The notes beneath the pieces are model-generated. The model was not told where the DNA came from and did not search any database. It saw only the letters and a program-made list of their open reading frames with translations. Positions 25,724-32,774 of a DNA stretch of 44,728 nucleotides are shown here, piece by piece. Numbering within the stretch: position 1 is the stretch's first letter; each line of letters starts with the position of its first letter. The translations under genes were made by a program, and so were the position numbers. The stretch is from a virus (Duplodnaviria > Caudoviricetes), in IMG/VR virus record IMGVR_UViG_3300049141_000061, positions 1-44,728 of that record, one strand, 5' to 3'.

Positions 25724-26930
25724 CCGTCGTAGACCACCCGTACAGCCGGTCGTCCAGCTCGCGTACGCACCGCTCGTGTTGGTGCGGCGCGAGCGCCCGC
25801 CGCACCTCCCGTACCCGGTCCATGCCCATCGCGTACCAGGTGCGCTCCAGCTGGTCGAGCGCGCGCAGCGCGTACCCGCACGCGGCCTCGGGATCTCCTG
25901 CCGCAGCCTCGACGGCGGCCAGATCCCCGAGCACCACAGTGGTCTGCTTCTCCTCAGCAGGATCGAGCGTGTCAAGAACACCGAGCAGGGTCTCGCGGGC
26001 CTGTGGCAAGTGCCCAGCACGTAGCTGCGTATTGCCCTTGAACGCGGCCAGCCGGACAGCGGAGAACCAGTCCAGCCAATCAGGCGACACGTTGTCCGAC
26101 CCGGCGGCAAGGACGTCCTCAGCGTGACCGATCAGGTGCAGCGCGGTCCGCGTGTTGCCGCACCGGGTCTCACACTCGGCCTCCACAGCGTCCAGCCACG
26201 CCAGCAGCTCGGCCGACGCAGGGCCACGCCGGGCGTAGGTCCGCGCGGCCACCATCCGCTCGACCGCAGCGTCCCGCTCACCAGCCCATGCGGGAATGAA
26301 AGCGGTGTGCGCCAGGACCGCGGCCCCGAGCAGCGGGTCGTCGGCCTCGCCCGCAGCCTGCAGCGCCCGCAGCAAAGTCTGCTGGGCGCGATCGGCGTCG
26401 CGCATGTCGAAGAACTCGACCCGGCCCGCCAGCAGATACGACTCGGCAAGGGCCGCGGCGATCCACTGCCGTGTTTGCCCAGCGGCTTCCGGGAGCAACG
26501 CGCAGCCGAGGGTGGCGTGCGCGAGCACCGCCGGGTGCAAGGTCGCGGGTGCGACGGACCAGTACAGGCGGCGGTGCGACCGGGTGACGGCCCGGTAGTC
26601 GTCTGCGGCGCTCGCGGGCTGCACAGTAAGCGCCTGGGTGGGGACGGCGGCCAGACCAACGGCACCGGCCGTCGCGGCGAGCATCGTGCGGCGGCTGCGA
26701 TCGGTCGTCACACCGCCCGGAGGAGTGAAGCCCAGCTGATCCAAGGGCTGGCCGAGCAGCCGCTCGATAGCGTGGCCCACTTCGGGCTGCGGCCACGGCG
26801 GGGTATCGGACTCCCACCGGCGGACCTGGCGGACGCCGACACCGAGAGCGTCAGCGAAGGCTTGCTGAGAGTGGTAACCGGCCGCCACGCGAGCGGACTT
26901 GAGACGGGTGTTGCCTGCGGGCCGTGCCAC
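25704..26930 (-). CDS. XRE-family HTH regulator with long TPR-like C-terminal domain
   Basis: SQQAFADALGVGVRQVRRWES HTH; Ala-rich helical repeats; GGAGG RBS before GTG at 26930. Confidence 0.88.
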   Translation of the reverse strand: MARPAGNTRLKSARVAAGYHSQQAFADALGVGVRQVRRWESDTPPWPQPEVGHAIERLLGQPLDQLGFTPPGGVTTDRSRRTMLAATAGAVGLAAVPTQALTVQPASAADDYRAVTRSHRRLYWSVAPATLHPAVLAHATLGCALLPEAAGQTRQWIAAALAESYLLAGRVEFFDMRDADRAQQTLLRALQAAGEADDPLLGAAVLAHTAFIPAWAGERDAAVERMVAARTYARRGPASAELLAWLDAVEAECETRCGNTRTALHLIGHAEDVLAAGSDNVSPDWLDWFSAVRLAAFKGNTQLRAGHLPQARETLLGVLDTLDPAEEKQTTVVLGDLAAVEAAAGDPEAACGYALRALDQLERTWYAMGMDRVREVRRALAPHQHERCVRELDDRLYGWSTTVSALAR

Positions 26931-27121
26931 TGCTGCACCTCCATGTCGAGCACTGCCGCAAGTGTCGCTGCAAGCCCTGACGTTGGCCACCCATCACTCG
27001 TAGGGCCCTACGGAAGTCCTCTTTTGGTCCAGGAAGAGACCTCTTGAAGCCCTCGGAACAAGCTCTCATGAGGACCACCCTTGTACGCAACTGATCACAA
27101 CAGGCGTCCGAGGAGGCCCAC

Positions 27122-27523
27122 ATGCCGACGAGCCGCTTACCGTCCGCCGCAGGATGCAGCCTGCACGACGCGGGTCAGGACTGGGACGCCATCCGCGTAC
27201 CGCGCAGCGTCGGCCTTGCCGCGATGGCGATCCTCGGCACCCGCTGCGGCGCCGTCGTTGAAGACCCGCTCAGCGCCGCCGTCTACTACTTCGCCCCGGT
27301 CGGCTCTGCCGCCGAGTGGCAGGTAGAGAACACGCGCGCCCTTGGGGCTGGGAGTGCCGTAACGATCCCGCCAGCACGGCGGACGCAGGGGCCCGGCCCT
27401 CACTGGCGAATGTGCCCGGGCGACGGTAACTGGCACACCGACCCGGCGGCCCTGCGCGCTGCCATCGAGGACGCCTTCGGGCCGCGAGTCGGCTCGGAGT
27501 ATGGGACGGGGGCCTCTGCATGA
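27122..27523 (+). CDS. Conserved actinomycete hypothetical protein divergent from XRE-TPR regulator
   Basis: AGQDWDAIRVP...YYF...PGPHW...TDPAAL pattern; GAGGAGG RBS. Confidence 0.75.
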   Translation: MPTSRLPSAAGCSLHDAGQDWDAIRVPRSVGLAAMAILGTRCGAVVEDPLSAAVYYFAPVGSAAEWQVENTRALGAGSAVTIPPARRTQGPGPHWRMCPGDGNWHTDPAALRAAIEDAFGPRVGSEYGTGASA

Positions 27524-27951
27524 GCAGCAACCCCGCCCAGCAGGCTTTACCGCCCGCCGAGGCTGCATCCGGCGTGCTCGTCCACTCCACGGCCGATAGC
27601 CGCGAGGCACCGCCGGACATCGCAACGATGCGCGCCACGGCGGCACTCGTCCTCGGCCCGGACGACGGACCGAACGCCCTGCCGCCCGCTGCCGAGGTAG
27701 ACGCCCTCACGGAGAGGCTGCGGGACCACTTGGAAGTGCTCATCCCCGAGGTCGCGCGGACAGCTGGCCCGCGGCCCTACAGCGTGCAGTCGTACTGCGC
27801 GCTCGCCTGCGTCGGCGAGGCCCGGGGGAAGCTGCGCGTCACGCCCGGCAACGTGCTCGAGGTCCGTGTCGCTTACGCCCGGAAGCTGGCCAGGTCCGCG
27901 AAGGCGTTGTGCGACCACTACGAGCGGCTCACCTCCAGCCCGGAGCGTTGA
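27520..27951 (+). CDS. DUF6415-like protein
   Basis: LRDHLEVLIPEV...CALACVGEAR.KL...ARKLARS..ALCDHYE pattern, recognised by eye. Confidence 0.65.
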   Translation: MSSNPAQQALPPAEAASGVLVHSTADSREAPPDIATMRATAALVLGPDDGPNALPPAAEVDALTERLRDHLEVLIPEVARTAGPRPYSVQSYCALACVGEARGKLRVTPGNVLEVRVAYARKLARSAKALCDHYERLTSSPER

Positions 27952-27979
27952 GAGCGTGCGCATCGAAAGGAGAAACCCT

Positions 27980-28165
27980 GTGAGCACGTCGACTCAGCAC
28001 CGCCCCACCGCCGCCTCGGCGACCCAGGACCGGGCGTCGCGGGCCGCCGGCCACGCGGCCGGTTACTGCTGGGCGCGCAACCCCGACGGGCCGGGCCGCT
28101 GTACCTGGCCACCGCATGAATCAGGCAGGCACAAGGACCATTACGCGCACACCGAGTGGCCTTAG
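27980..28165 (+). CDS. Small Cys/His-rich protein (61 aa)
   Basis: AAGGAG RBS with GTG; C-x10-C-x4-H-x4-H in the C-terminal half. Confidence 0.6.
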   Translation: MSTSTQHRPTAASATQDRASRAAGHAAGYCWARNPDGPGRCTWPPHESGRHKDHYAHTEWP

Positions 28166-28167
28166 AC

Positions 28168-28358
28168 CCCCGCCACCGGTGCGACGCCGACCGCGCCGGT
28201 AGCGGGACGATCCCCTGCCCGCTCTCCCCGTCAGCGAGGAGCGGGCAGGGGCGAGCGGCCCGCCCCTCGCCCCCCGTCGGGGGCGGGCCGCTCACGAAGA
28301 CCCGGGTGAGTTGGCCGGGAGGGCGGCTGCCCGTGCCGTGTGTTTTGGGGCAGCCGCA
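28168..28358. terminator. Four consecutive stem-loops between convergent genes
   Basis: Inverted repeats at about 28168-28207, 28212-28251, 28253-28293 and 28323-28358. Confidence 0.6.
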
Positions 28359-28360
28359 CA

Positions 28361-28594
28361 TCATCCGACCAGCTCGACGATCGGCACGCCGAGCGCGTCA
28401 GCCAAGAGAAGCAGGTCACTGAGGTTCGGCTCGCTCAGCGCGTACTCCCACCGGTGGATCGTGCGGTGGTCGCGGCCGATGCGCTCGCCGAGTTCCATCT
28501 GGGTCAGGTTGGCGGCGAGCCGCGCAACTCGGATGCGCGCCCCGATCTCCCGCCGGCGGGGAAGCAGCCAGTCGGGCTCAGGGTCTAGGGGCAC
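28361..28594 (-). CDS. Small XRE-family HTH regulator
   Basis: LTQMELGERIGRDHRTIHRWE...LLLLADALGVP. Confidence 0.88.
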   Translation of the reverse strand: MPLDPEPDWLLPRRREIGARIRVARLAANLTQMELGERIGRDHRTIHRWEYALSEPNLSDLLLLADALGVPIVELVG

Positions 28595-28679
28595 CCGCCC
28601 AAGCTGTAACGATCATGGCATGTTGTCTTTGCCTGGCCATGCAAATTTAATGATCTTGGCTGAGGGAAGACGCATAGAC

Positions 28680-28964
28680 ACCGCTTGCTGCGCGATTGAC
28701 GTGGGATGCGAGCGGTACCGAAGCGGCCGAGGAGGGCGTACGCGTCTCCGCCTTTCGGCCGTCAGACGCCAAGACTCGGTCAAGGCGTCCCGCCCCGGGG
28801 GTAATTGCCCTCGGGGCGGTCTACGTTGGGACGCAGAAGGGCCCCCATCGACATAGACGACGGGGGCCCTCGCCCTGCGCGGTCCGGTCTCCCCACCGGT
28901 ACCTCGCAGGCATACGAGAGGCGCGTCTCAGGCGCGTGTGGGGAGACACGCCTGCCCCTCTCGT
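28680..28964. ncRNA. Candidate structured non-coding RNA (six hairpins)
   Basis: Back-to-back inverted repeats and no credible ORF; expression unknown. Confidence 0.3.
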
Positions 28965-29068
28965 GGCGAACACTCTACGTGGTTACTGCAAGTAGCCCAC
29001 TCCCTCGTACGGGTGATCATTTTTTTCATGATCGCGTGGGGATGTGGACTTGATGTGGACTCCGGACG

Positions 29069-29107
29069 CAGGAGAAGCCTTCCGAAGACCACTCCGGAAG
29101 GCTCCTG
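29069..29107 (-). terminator. Stem-loop positioned to terminate the reconstituted tRNA transcript
   Basis: AGCCTTCCG / CGGAAGGCT stem just 3' of the tRNA fragment on the minus strand. Confidence 0.6.
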
Positions 29108-29124
29108 ACCTGCTACTTACCCTC

Positions 29125-29172
29125 GGTGGGCGCGGACGGTTTCGAACCGCCGACATCCTGCTTGTAAGGCAG
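29125..29172 (-). other. attP core: 3' half of tRNA-Val(TAC), not a complete tRNA
   Basis: Minus strand reads CTGCCTTACAAGCAGGATGTCGGCGGTTCGAAACCGTCCGCGCCCACC: anticodon arm (TAC), T arm and 3' acceptor strand. 5' half absent. Confidence 0.9.
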
Positions 29173-29187
29173 TAGATCCCTCCGACT

Positions 29188-29280
29188 AGTGGTTTCCGGT
29201 GGTTCCGAGTGGCTCCGAGTGGTCCCGGCGAGCGCCACAGGGACTACGTCGAGTGGTTCCGAGTGGTTGCCAGCCGTTCC
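29188..29280 (+). repeat. 10-bp tandem repeats GAGTGGTTCC (candidate Xis/RDF sites)
   Basis: Four phased copies at 29188-29227 and two to three more at 29251-29280. Confidence 0.8.
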
Positions 29281-29323
29281 GGGGGGTGCTTGTGGACTCT
29301 TAGCGGATTTCGGCCCCGATCGG

Positions 29324-30616
29324 TCACTCAACGGCCCGGAGTCCACTTCCCTCACCTCCGCCCCCGGTCAGAGCCTTGCGCACGTTCTCCCGCGCGTTCT
29401 CCGACCCGTGGGTGTAGATCCACGTGACCTTGCCACCGCGCTTCTGCCCGAGGACCGCCTGAGTATCGACCTCGGCCACGCCCGCGTGATGCAGCCGGGT
29501 GGCGACGTCATGCCGGTACTCGTACAGCCGCGGCCACCACTCCGTACGCCCCGTCTCCGGGTCCAGCACCTTCCGCGCCACACCGGCCTGCGTGATGGCC
29601 GCCTTCCACGGCCGCTGCAAGTTGTTGACGTTCAGCGCGGCCCCGCGAGGGCCCCGGAACACCAACTCCTCGGTGTGCAGGTCGTAGCCGTCCCCGACCG
29701 CCGACCGTGTCCGCTTCGGCTTCCACTTCTCCACCATGAACCGGACCGCGTCCATCGCCGTCGGCGTCAGCGGCACCGTACGGAACCCCGCCTCCGTCTT
29801 CGGCGCCTCCTGCCGGCACAACCGCCCCCGGTCGAGGACGAGGATCTCCCGCACGTGGACGACCATCTCGTCCTCGTCGACGCAGTGGAGACGCAGGCCC
29901 GCGTACTCGCCCGGCCGCATGCCGGTCTCGTACGCGAAGTCCCGGAGGATGACCTGGTAGTACTTCGGCAGCGCCGCGTGGATGAGCGCGTACTGCGCGG
30001 CCGTGGGCGGCTTCAGGTCGTCGGGGTGCTTGGCGCGCTTCGGCGCTGTGGCCTCCAGGTGGGCGGCCGGGTTGGTGGTGATCCGCTCACCGTCCTTGAC
30101 GGCCGCGTCCAGGAGCGCGGCGAGCAGCTGCTTCACCTGGGTCTGGGTCCGGTGACCCTTGACCTCGGTGGTGAGCCACTTCTGGAGGGCCATGTACTCC
30201 AGGTCGATCAGCTTGTATCCGGCCCACTTCGGCTCGATGTGGGCCGTCCACAGGCTGTGCTTGCGGTTGCGGGTCTTGATCGCACCCTTCTTGCCCTCGA
30301 CCTCCCACCACTCCTTCCACCAGGCGCCGAGGAGAATCCTCCCGCGCTCCGGGTCGCGGTAGGTCCGCTGCCGTACGGCCGTGCGGACCTCGTCGAGGAA
30401 AGCCTCGGCGGCCTTCTTGCCGCCCTCCTCGATCGTGTAGTTCTTGGCCTTCTGCTTCCCCGCGAGGTCCCGGTATCGGGCCTGCCAGGAGCCGATGCAG
30501 TCGCGTCGCGGCCGGCGCTCGCCGTAGTCGGCGGGCGGGTACTTCTTGAGGCACCGTGGGCAGCCGCATGCCTTCGATGGGATCTGCCGCGGGTTGTTCA
30601 ACGCCCTACGCGGCAT
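29324..30616 (-). CDS. int: Tyrosine integrase
   Basis: TGMRPGE (R), PKT (K), YEYRH, LGQK and C-terminal Y (WIYTH); N-terminal CGCPRC...C and WQARYRD arm-binding domain; adjacent to attP. Confidence 0.95.
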   Translation of the reverse strand: MPRRALNNPRQIPSKACGCPRCLKKYPPADYGERRPRRDCIGSWQARYRDLAGKQKAKNYTIEEGGKKAAEAFLDEVRTAVRQRTYRDPERGRILLGAWWKEWWEVEGKKGAIKTRNRKHSLWTAHIEPKWAGYKLIDLEYMALQKWLTTEVKGHRTQTQVKQLLAALLDAAVKDGERITTNPAAHLEATAPKRAKHPDDLKPPTAAQYALIHAALPKYYQVILRDFAYETGMRPGEYAGLRLHCVDEDEMVVHVREILVLDRGRLCRQEAPKTEAGFRTVPLTPTAMDAVRFMVEKWKPKRTRSAVGDGYDLHTEELVFRGPRGAALNVNNLQRPWKAAITQAGVARKVLDPETGRTEWWPRLYEYRHDVATRLHHAGVAEVDTQAVLGQKRGGKVTWIYTHGSENARENVRKALTGGGGEGSGLRAVE

Positions 30617-30648
30617 GATGCCTCGCTTCCGTTGAGGCAGTGTTCGTC

Positions 30649-30897
30649 TTACGCACCGTTGATCACCCTCTCGCTCCTCTGCTGCTCTGGGGTGTGACCG
30701 GGGAGCTGGATCTGCTCCCCGCACCAGCAGACTGCACCGAAGTCGGGCTGGGGGACGCCGACTTCGATGAGGACAACGCGTACGGCTCGGAGCTCGTACT
30801 CGTCGCGGAGTTCACTGGGGATGGTGATCAGCTGTCGCTGCGGATCCCACGGCTCATCGAGCAGAGCACGCGGAACGGCGTCGACACGGATGCACAT
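30649..30897 (-). CDS. Small protein between repressor and integrase
   Basis: GGAGGAC RBS; MCIRV...AVCWCGE; 82 aa. Confidence 0.7.
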   Translation of the reverse strand: MCIRVDAVPRALLDEPWDPQRQLITIPSELRDEYELRAVRVVLIEVGVPQPDFGAVCWCGEQIQLPGHTPEQQRSERVINGA

Positions 30898-31064
30898 GGG
30901 CAGTCCTCCCCCGAGTTACACGTGTGGCGTGTGCTGGCCAAAGGGGGAGAACAGTGGCCGTGCGAGTGACCGTATACCCGATTCTTTGAATATGCGACCA
31001 CCCTGCGCGAATTGTGTGATCGGATCTCGACGCTGAGTGATTGGGTCCGGTTTCAGCGGAGCGG

Positions 31065-31424
31065 CTACTGCTGGTTGCTGTCCGCCACGGCGCGGGCCTG
31101 GATCAGGAGCATCTCCTGCTGCTCCTCCGTCAGCCGGTCGAAGACATCGAGCACAGCTTCGCGGCGGTCGGGGGGCAGCGGCGCGGTGGGCTTTCTGCCG
31201 GCGGCCTCGAAGAGGCGACGCTTGTACTTGGGAAAGAGCGCGGTCAGGCCCAGGAGCGCGTTCTGGCGCGGCAGCGCTTTGCCGTTCGCCCAGTTATTGA
31301 CCGTGGAGACGTGGGCGTCCAGGCGTCGAGCGATCTCGCTGTCGCTGACGCCGTACTCGTGCTTGAGGTTGGCGAGCACATCGGCGAAGCGCTCGGTGCC
31401 GGCCGCAGACTGGGGGGTCTCCAC
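31065..31424 (-). CDS. Immunity repressor (XRE HTH, no autoprotease domain)
   Basis: SDSEIARRLDAHVSTVNNWANG HTH; divergent from Cro-like gene; apparently leaderless. Confidence 0.85.
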   Translation of the reverse strand: METPQSAAGTERFADVLANLKHEYGVSDSEIARRLDAHVSTVNNWANGKALPRQNALLGLTALFPKYKRRLFEAAGRKPTAPLPPDRREAVLDVFDRLTEEQQEMLLIQARAVADSNQQ

Positions 31425-31443
31425 GGGCTAAGGGTGTCCTAAG

Positions 31444-31474
31444 GCTTCTACTTTTCGCAAGCGAAAGTAGAAGC
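31444..31474. promoter_or_regulatory. Palindromic operator
   Basis: GCTTCTACTTTTCGC-AA-GCGAAAGTAGAAGC; CGAAAGTAGAA recurs at 31635-31645. Confidence 0.7.
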
Positions 31475-31543
31475 TGTGGCGTGAAGTTGACGGCGCGCGC
31501 ACTCCCCATTACGCGCCGTTGTGCACGACATATGCCATCACCA

Positions 31544-31559
31544 TAGAACACTCATTCGA
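31544..31559. promoter_or_regulatory. LexA (SOS) box-like site
   Basis: TAGAAC-ACTC-ATTCGA matches 10 of 12 positions of the actinobacterial consensus TCGAAC-N4-GTTCGA. Confidence 0.65.
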
Positions 31560-31582
31560 AGGACGCTAGGACATCCGCATCC

Positions 31583-31613
31583 CTCGGAGTCACTCGGAAC
31601 CACTCGGAACCAC
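31583..31613 (-). repeat. Three tandem 10-bp repeats matching the attP repeat (reverse complement)
   Basis: CTCGGAGTCA-CTCGGAACCA-CTCGGAACCA-C. Confidence 0.85.
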
Positions 31614-31617
31614 ATGG

Positions 31618-31647
31618 TTGACGAACTTCGATTTCGAAAGTAGAAAT
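31618..31647 (+). promoter_or_regulatory. Early lytic promoter overlapped by operator
   Basis: TTGACG-N17-TAGAAA(T); spacer contains TTCGA repeats. Confidence 0.7.
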
Positions 31648-31700
31648 ATCGAAGACGCCCCAGCCGGGGCGATCCAGCCACAACGGCACGAGGTCCCTTC

Positions 31701-32015
31701 ATGCCCAAACTGCACCGCAAGGACGACGGACGCCCGCTCAGAGCCGCCATGGCCCGCGCCGGACTCTCCATCCCCGAACTCGCGAAGGCGACGAAGAGGG
31801 TGGACCCGGCAGGGAAGGGCGTCTCGCCGGCGACCGTCGGACGGCTCGCGGGGCAGGGCAAGACGGCTCGCAGCACATGCGAACTGAAGACGGCCTGGTT
31901 CGTCGCCTCCGCGCTCCACGAGGAGACGAACGCCCCCCTCCAGGATCTCTTTGCCATGCCCTCACCTTCGACTTCGAATATCGAAAGGTCAACCCCCGAT
32001 GCCGACGAAGAGTGA
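31701..32015 (+). CDS. Cro-like HTH regulator
   Basis: LSIPELAKAT...VSPATVGRL; first gene divergent from repressor. Confidence 0.75.
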   Translation: MPKLHRKDDGRPLRAAMARAGLSIPELAKATKRVDPAGKGVSPATVGRLAGQGKTARSTCELKTAWFVASALHEETNAPLQDLFAMPSPSTSNIERSTPDADEE

Positions 32016-32238
32016 CCGCCGCGTCCCCCTCCCGGCCGGCCTGCTGCCCCTGCTGACCCAGCCCGAGCTGGAGACGTACTACGGCGTCTCCGACTGGACG
32101 GTCCTGAAGTGGATCGAGGCCGGGATGCCCGTGAAGCGGCTGAAGAGGACCGGCCAGAAGAAGGAGGTCCGGCGCTTCGACCTGAACGCGGTCGAGGCGT
32201 GGATGGCCGAGCAGGACCAGCTCGCCACCGCCTCCTGA
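31999..32238 (+). CDS. xis: Excisionase-like (AlpA/MerR-type wHTH) protein
   Basis: LLTQPELETYYGVSDWTVLKWIEAGMP...RRFDLNAVEAW; GAAAGG RBS. Confidence 0.7.
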   Translation: MPTKSDRRVPLPAGLLPLLTQPELETYYGVSDWTVLKWIEAGMPVKRLKRTGQKKEVRRFDLNAVEAWMAEQDQLATAS

Positions 32239-32330
32239 TCCACCCCTGAACGCGCCGAAGGGCCGCCCACCTTGCCCGGCTGACGGCCCCGCGACCGGCG
32301 CACCCCACCAACCAGAAAGTGAGGCCACCG

Positions 32331-32774
32331 ATGGCCACATTGTTGCAGAGCAGCAGCAGGGTTCTCCCGCTGCATCAGGCGTCGCAGGCGAGGCCGACAA
32401 CTGTGCCGGCGGTGTTCCGCGCGGCGGCCCGGCTGATCGCTAAGAACGGCCACCACCAGGGCGACTACTGCCCCGACCCGTTCGACCGGGTGACGAAGAC
32501 CGAGCACGCCGAGCGTCCGCTGTCGATCGTGGCGGCGATCCGCTGCGTGGCGTCGCCGGGCGGCAACAACCCCCACTACATCTCTGAGCTGTCGGAGCTC
32601 GCGGTGAAGGTGCTGGCCGGCCGCCTGGAGGTGGACGGGGAGCCCGCGTGGAACCACGAGCCGTTCTGGCTGCAGACGCATGTGGCGCACTGGGGTGACG
32701 TCGAGGGCCGTACGACGGAGTCGGCGGTTGCGGTGCTGGAGGCGGCTGCGGACGCGAGCGAGGTGTCCGCGTGA
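32331..32774 (+). CDS. Hypothetical protein (DUF6197-like)
   Basis: AARLIAKNGHHQGDY...WGDVEGRTTESAVAVLEAAA. Confidence 0.65.
   Translation: MATLLQSSSRVLPLHQASQARPTTVPAVFRAAARLIAKNGHHQGDYCPDPFDRVTKTEHAERPLSIVAAIRCVASPGGNNPHYISELSELAVKVLAGRLEVDGEPAWNHEPFWLQTHVAHWGDVEGRTTESAVAVLEAAADASEVSA

Larger units (their letters stand above)
29041..29346. other. attP region with integrase arm-type sites (GTGGACT)
   Basis: GATGTGGACT twice at 29041 and 29052, TGTGGACTC at 29291, inverted GAGTCCAC at 29339, flanking the tRNA-like core. Confidence 0.75.

Noticed and set aside
28696-28995. 99 aa ORF in the hairpin region
   Set aside because: TTG start, no clear RBS, poor codon bias and no recognisable motifs.
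29125-29200. Complete tRNA-Val gene
   Set aside because: The D arm and 5' acceptor strand are absent; this is an att core only.
29188-29280. CRISPR-like array (also considered for 1525-1613)
   Set aside because: Units are 8-10 bp with no unique spacers, and there is no cas operon. The Cas4-like gene is a phage exonuclease.
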